A stretch of DNA of 64,000 nucleotides, from contig JAWCCZ010000002.1 of assembly GCA_038861545.1 (NCBI GenBank), positions 128,001-192,000 of the forward strand. The letters run 5' to 3'. Both the position numbers and the translations under genes were made by a program. This DNA comes from Thermofilaceae archaeon (lineage in GTDB: Archaea; Thermoproteota; Thermoprotei; Thermofilales; Thermofilaceae). Positions 59,469 to 64,000 of the stretch are shown piece by piece (positions within the stretch are counted from its first letter, which is position 1; each line of letters opens with the position of its first letter). Below the pieces are notes generated by a model, which was not told where the DNA came from, ran no database searches, and was given only the letters and a program-made list of their open reading frames with translations.

Positions 59469-60584
59469 GTGAACTGTATGAGTGTTCTCTATAACCTGTT
59501 CAGTCGCATAGTAGATTACTACGCTAAACTACGCGACGAAGTGAGCTCAGGCTGGCTGGAGAAAAACAGATCCAAGTTACTTGAAACTAAGCTTTCACTC
59601 TTCGTTTTCACTTCCTCGAAGGTAGGGGTCACGGGGATAATCCTCATTTCTGTTACGCTATTTTTAGCGATCTTTGGCCCCTTCATAGCTTGGGAGCCTT
59701 ATGAGCGTTACCCGCTACTCCTGCGGCCGGAGCTAGCTGGCAAGCTGCCATACCCGCCATGCGTCGGCCAGTGCGATGGACTTCCTTTATGGGGAACGGA
59801 TCACTACGGGCGAGACGTCCTATCGTTAACTATTAGGGGTTTCAGAATATCGCTAGTTATGAGCGTTACAATAGTCGCCTTTAGTGCCATACTTGGCATT
59901 GTGCTGGGGCTTATCTCAGGCTACTTCGGGGGTATCCTCGACGAAATTATCATGAGATTTACTGATATGATGCTAGCTTTCCCGGGGCTTGTATTGGCAA
60001 TCGCGTTCAGCCTTACGCTGAGGCTATCCCTGCGAAACTTTATGATGTCAAACCCGACGTTCACTGGTTTTGTGGCTGCTATCTTCGCCTTAGATCCGAG
60101 CGATGCTCCTAATCTAGCCAACATGCTTTCCGTGTTCTTTGCCTTAATACTCGTCTGGTGGCCGCCTTACACACGGGTTGTTCGAGGCTCTGTGCTTACA
60201 GTTAGAGATCAAGGATTCGTTGAGGCTGCTAGAGCATTAGGACTTTCGACTAGAAAGGTGCTTTTCAGACACGTATTACCGAATATTGCTTCTCCCCTTA
60301 TGGTGATGTTGACCTTCGACTTAGCCACAGCAACGCTCTCTTCGGCGGCTCTATCATTCTTAGGACTAGGCCCTCAACCGCCGATTCCCGACTTAGGTCT
60401 TATAATATCGCAGGCTGGACAGTACTTCCCCGAAAGAAGCTGGTGGATAGTCCTCGAAGCTGGCGTAGCTTTACTACTTATATCGCTCGGCTGGAACCTA
60501 GTTGGCGACGCGCTGAGAGACGTGTTCGATCCTCGAACTAGAAGGTCAATTGAGTTGAAGGCTAAACTGAAGGTGGGAGCGTGA
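59469..60584 (+). CDS. dppC: peptide ABC transporter permease
   Basis: GTDHYGRD, FVEAARALG, HVLPN, LSFLGLG, GDALRD. Confidence 0.95.
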   Translation: MNCMSVLYNLFSRIVDYYAKLRDEVSSGWLEKNRSKLLETKLSLFVFTSSKVGVTGIILISVTLFLAIFGPFIAWEPYERYPLLLRPELAGKLPYPPCVGQCDGLPLWGTDHYGRDVLSLTIRGFRISLVMSVTIVAFSAILGIVLGLISGYFGGILDEIIMRFTDMMLAFPGLVLAIAFSLTLRLSLRNFMMSNPTFTGFVAAIFALDPSDAPNLANMLSVFFALILVWWPPYTRVVRGSVLTVRDQGFVEAARALGLSTRKVLFRHVLPNIASPLMVMLTFDLATATLSSAALSFLGLGPQPPIPDLGLIISQAGQYFPERSWWIVLEAGVALLLISLGWNLVGDALRDVFDPRTRRSIELKAKLKVGA

Positions 60585-61594
60585 GCAGAGCTATGGATGA
60601 TAAGCAAGTACTAAAAGTGAGGAACTTAACAGTAAGGTTTTACACATACGCAGGGGTGGTTCACGCGGTTACCGACGCCTACATAGATATCTACGAGGGG
60701 GAAAGCATCGCGATAGTTGGAGAAACCGGCTGTGGAAAAACAATTTTCACCAGGGCTATTACCGGCCTCATAGAGCCGCCGGGTAAGATAGAGTCTGGGA
60801 CAGCCCTCTTTAGAAGAAGAGGCGGAGAAGTTATTGACTTGCTAAAGCTTGGTCGCGAAGCCCTTAGACAGATAAGGGGGGATGAGATATCCTATGTTTT
60901 CCAGGATCCCTCAAGCGCCCTTGATCCCCTGTACACTGCAGGTTACCACATCACCGAGACCCTCAGGGAGCACTATTCAATTGACAAGTCTGAAGCTAAT
61001 AGTAAGGCTATCGAACTACTTAGAAACGTCTTGATTCCAAATCCTGAACTACGTGTGAAAAATTACCCGCACGAACTCAGTGGAGGAATGAGGCAAAGAA
61101 TTGTTATAGCCGCGGCGATTGCTAATCAACCTAGGCTATTAATCGCCGATGAACCCACTACGAATTTAGACGTTACCGTCCAAGCTCAAATCTTAGAACT
61201 GATTGAAAGCCTCAAAGAGAAGTATGGGATGGGCCTTATCCTGATCACGCATAACCTTGGAATAGTAGCCGAAATAGCTGAGCGTGTCTACATAATGTAC
61301 GGCGGTATGGTAGTGGAAAACGGAGACGTTTTCTCGATATTTGAAGCCCCTCAACACCCTTATACGAAGCTACTTTTACGCTCCGTCCCCAACCCTCTGA
61401 TAAAAGTAGAGAAACTTGAGTCGATACCAGGCACCGTACCGGATTTAATTGACATGAAGCCCGGATGCCCGTTCGCCCCGCGGTGCCCCCAGGCTCTTCC
61501 GGTATGCTCCGAAAAAACTCCCCCACAGGTTAATTTAGGGAAAGGCCACGTGGTGCATTGCTGGCTTTTAGAGAAAGGTGGTGCCAGTGAGTGA
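60581..61594 (+). CDS. dppD: peptide ABC transporter ATP-binding protein
   Basis: GETGCGKT, YPHELSGGMRQR, DEPTT, C-terminal GCPFAPRC..C..HC. Confidence 0.95.
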   Translation: MSRAMDDKQVLKVRNLTVRFYTYAGVVHAVTDAYIDIYEGESIAIVGETGCGKTIFTRAITGLIEPPGKIESGTALFRRRGGEVIDLLKLGREALRQIRGDEISYVFQDPSSALDPLYTAGYHITETLREHYSIDKSEANSKAIELLRNVLIPNPELRVKNYPHELSGGMRQRIVIAAAIANQPRLLIADEPTTNLDVTVQAQILELIESLKEKYGMGLILITHNLGIVAEIAERVYIMYGGMVVENGDVFSIFEAPQHPYTKLLLRSVPNPLIKVEKLESIPGTVPDLIDMKPGCPFAPRCPQALPVCSEKTPPQVNLGKGHVVHCWLLEKGGASE

Positions 61595-62549
61595 ACTCCT
61601 CAAAGTGAACCTAGTGAAGAAGTACTTTAGAGTCCGCGGCTCTTTGTTCAAGACACTAAAGGCGGTAGATGGTGTCAGCTTCACTGTTACGAGAGGGGAA
61701 ACTCTCGGGCTTGTAGGTGAAAGCGGGTGTGGTAAATCAACGCTCGGTAGAGTTGTGATCAAGCTACTTGAGCCGACCTCCGGGGAAATCCTGTTTATGG
61801 GTGAAGATGTAACGAAACTTAAAGGGGAGAGTCTAAAGGTCTTCAGGAGACAAGCCCAGATAGTTTTCCAAGACCCGAATACAAGCCTTGATCCAAGGAT
61901 GACTGTGCTCGAAATACTAGCCGAGCCTCTGCTAGAACACCGGCTAGTCGCTAATAGTATAGAGGAATACCTCGTCGAACAGCTTGAGAGCGTTGGTCTG
62001 AGGGAAGATCACCTTTACAGGTATCCACATGAGCTTAGCGGAGGACAGAAACAGAGGGTTGCGATTCTCCGAGCGCTTCTACTTAAACCATCCTTTATTG
62101 TGTTAGATGAACCCACATCCTCACTTGACGTTTCCGTGCAAGCGCAGATTCTCAACATGCTCAAAGAGATACAGTCGAAAATGGGGATCTCCTATCTATT
62201 CATCTCTCACGATATAGGGGTGGTGAAGTATATGAGCCATAGAATCGCGGTTATGTACTTGGGCAAAATAGCTGAAATCTCACCCTCCGAAGTGATTTTT
62301 GAAAAAGCTTTGCATCCCTACACTAGCTATTTACTGGCCTCTGTACCCATTCCTGATCCACGCTACTCGCGGAATAGGAAAAAAGCCGTGCTGCAAGGAG
62401 AGCCGCCTTCCCCGATAGAAGTACCTCTCGGTTGCCGTTTCCACCCTAGATGCCCCCACGTAACCGAGAAGTGCAGGAGAGAAGAACCCCAGCTAGTTGA
62501 AGTCGAAAACGATCACCAAGTAGCCTGCTGGCTTTACTCAAAAGCTTGA
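61578..62549 (+). CDS. dppF: peptide ABC transporter ATP-binding protein
   Basis: GESGCGKST, YPHELSGGQKQR, HPYT, GCRFHPRC. Confidence 0.95.
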   Translation: MVPVSELLKVNLVKKYFRVRGSLFKTLKAVDGVSFTVTRGETLGLVGESGCGKSTLGRVVIKLLEPTSGEILFMGEDVTKLKGESLKVFRRQAQIVFQDPNTSLDPRMTVLEILAEPLLEHRLVANSIEEYLVEQLESVGLREDHLYRYPHELSGGQKQRVAILRALLLKPSFIVLDEPTSSLDVSVQAQILNMLKEIQSKMGISYLFISHDIGVVKYMSHRIAVMYLGKIAEISPSEVIFEKALHPYTSYLLASVPIPDPRYSRNRKKAVLQGEPPSPIEVPLGCRFHPRCPHVTEKCRREEPQLVEVENDHQVACWLYSKA

Positions 62550-63161
62550 CCCGCAGGCTTTCTCGAGCTCTATTTTTACTATGGACTCACCTAGAAGGTA
62601 CTTCTCATGAAGCCTTGACCGCATCACCTCATCCCCGAGAACCGTGAATATTTGCCTCTTCGCATTAACTACCATGAGTATGTGTATAACTCCTCGATAC
62701 TCTAACAACCCGGGCTTAATCTCCTGGGCAAACTTTCTAGAGAGAGAAAAAACCGCATAATTTCTAAAAGTTTCCTCGATTTTCCTAGCTGCACCCTTCG
62801 CTCCGACCAGCCTAACAGCAGTATAATCCGCTTGATCGAAAAAGAAAACGGGTTGGGGAAGCTCCTCTTTCGAGCCGTCTGCCAATTGCAAGAACTCATT
62901 GAGAACCTCTTCAGAACACCTTAAAGGCTCAACTACAGGTGCCTCTATAGCCATCTCCTCAGAAGTTAAAATTCGGGAAGAGACTTTACGGGATAGTAAG
63001 AGGCGCAGGGTTTTCGAACCTAGCAAGCTGGATGCAAAGCAGTCCACTAGATAACTCCAGTCCGGTTTGTCTCTGTGATCCAAACGAGCGAAGGGGTACC
63101 AGAAAAGGGCCTTAGCATTTAATCTTCGAACAACTTCGCGGTCAGCGTATGCGTAGGGCAT
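62538..63161 (-). CDS. hypothetical protein
   Basis: 207-codon ATG ORF with a TATA-like element upstream; no motif recognised. Confidence 0.65.
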   Translation of the reverse strand: MPYAYADREVVRRLNAKALFWYPFARLDHRDKPDWSYLVDCFASSLLGSKTLRLLLSRKVSSRILTSEEMAIEAPVVEPLRCSEEVLNEFLQLADGSKEELPQPVFFFDQADYTAVRLVGAKGAARKIEETFRNYAVFSLSRKFAQEIKPGLLEYRGVIHILMVVNAKRQIFTVLGDEVMRSRLHEKYLLGESIVKIELEKACGSSF

Positions 63162-63249
63162 AAAGTAAGTCTAAGAACCGACCTTTAAATTAATTAAGAC
63201 GTAGACAGGATACCTCTGCCATAAAAGGTACAACCCAGCGGTGATAGAC

Positions 63250-64000
63250 GTGAAAATCGAAATAGTTACTTTAGACAGCCGTAAAGTCCCCCTCGTTAAG
63301 CTTGAAGAGGGTGACGAAGCCGTTATAGTCTCGGATTTACACTTCGGGTTAAGATATAAAGGGAGATTCCTTACCAAGTTTAAGGAGTTTGAAAACTTTT
63401 TAAGGCATCTAGCTGGTAAACCACCCTCCTTACTTATTTTGCTCGGCGACGTTTTCGAGCTATGGAGCGCTAAAGCCAAAGATGTTTTTGCAACGGCTTA
63501 CGCCTCGTTGAGGGAATTAGCTAAGCTGGACTGTAAAATGATATACGTTGCGGGAAACCATGACCACGTTGTAGCCCATTTGGATCGCATGAGTTTCTTC
63601 GAAAACGACAATCTCCTCATTTCGCCGGAATACATCGTTTTAGAAAGCTCCGGTCTTAAAGGCTTGCTTTTCCACGGTCATCAGCTTGACTGGAAGTTCA
63701 TCAGATTTAAGTGGCTTTGGCGGACAGAGCCTTACATCTACCTTCTCTCCGAATCCCTTTCAGCTTTACCGTGGTCCACTGAATGGATACTTGCAGTGGG
63801 CTACGCGTTGCTCTTCTTGTCTTTCATCTCCATTACGAGTAGAGCACCCCTTTCCTTGAGGTTTGTGGCTGTAGCCTCAGCTCTCCTCCTGACAGCGCCT
63901 TTCATCATACTATCCTGGAGGAAAATCCAGGATAAGTTCTGGTACGGCCTAGTACAACCCTTAACTTACCAAATGTTCAAAAGCAGACTGCGTGGAAAGG
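63250..64000 (+). CDS. calcineurin-like metallophosphoesterase with TM segments (3'-partial), absent from the ORF track
   Basis: GGTGA RBS, GTG start; VSDLHFG, LLGDVFE, AGNHD, FHGHQ, then hydrophobic helices; open to the window end. Confidence 0.88.
   Translation, partial: MKIEIVTLDSRKVPLVKLEEGDEAVIVSDLHFGLRYKGRFLTKFKEFENFLRHLAGKPPSLLILLGDVFELWSAKAKDVFATAYASLRELAKLDCKMIYVAGNHDHVVAHLDRMSFFENDNLLISPEYIVLESSGLKGLLFHGHQLDWKFIRFKWLWRTEPYIYLLSESLSALPWSTEWILAVGYALLFLSFISITSRAPLSLRFVAVASALLLTAPFIILSWRKIQDKFWYGLVQPLTYQMFKSRLRGK

Overview
Archaeal chromosomal DNA, most consistent with an anaerobic, heterotrophic Thermoproteota such as Thermofilaceae. This is inferred from TATA/BRE promoters about 25 nt before starts, GGTGA-type RBS, Nre, Mrp-type HypB and a DUF3782-type nuclease. 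About 50 genes: carbohydrate enzymes (GH94 phosphorylase open to the left edge, GH3), several ABC systems including a complete dpp/opp operon, TldD/PmbA, HypA/HypB, a rearranged MoxR-DUF58-vWA-vWA locus, a four-gene 2-oxoacid-elongation-type operon, Nre and RpiA. No rRNA, intact tRNA, CRISPR array or transposase was found. Highlights: (1) the leuACDB-looking operon carries signatures of Re-citrate synthase, a LeuCD-type aconitase and an NAD-isocitrate dehydrogenase; (2) the peptide-binding protein is a circular permutation of the family-5 SBP fold; (3) a membrane-anchored protein looks like an emfourin-like plus BsuPI-like dual protease inhibitor; (4) the MoxR/vWA locus includes a tandem PRC-barrel protein and an ABC exporter; (5) a large Cys-rich surface metzincin; (6) an AT-rich orphan two-gene operon between duplicated surface-protein paralogs; (7) gene relics hidden in apparent intergenic DNA (DUF4143 ATPase, Fpg/Nei, LplA) and a broken nucleoside phosphorylase. 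All family calls come from motif recognition by eye, not database searches.
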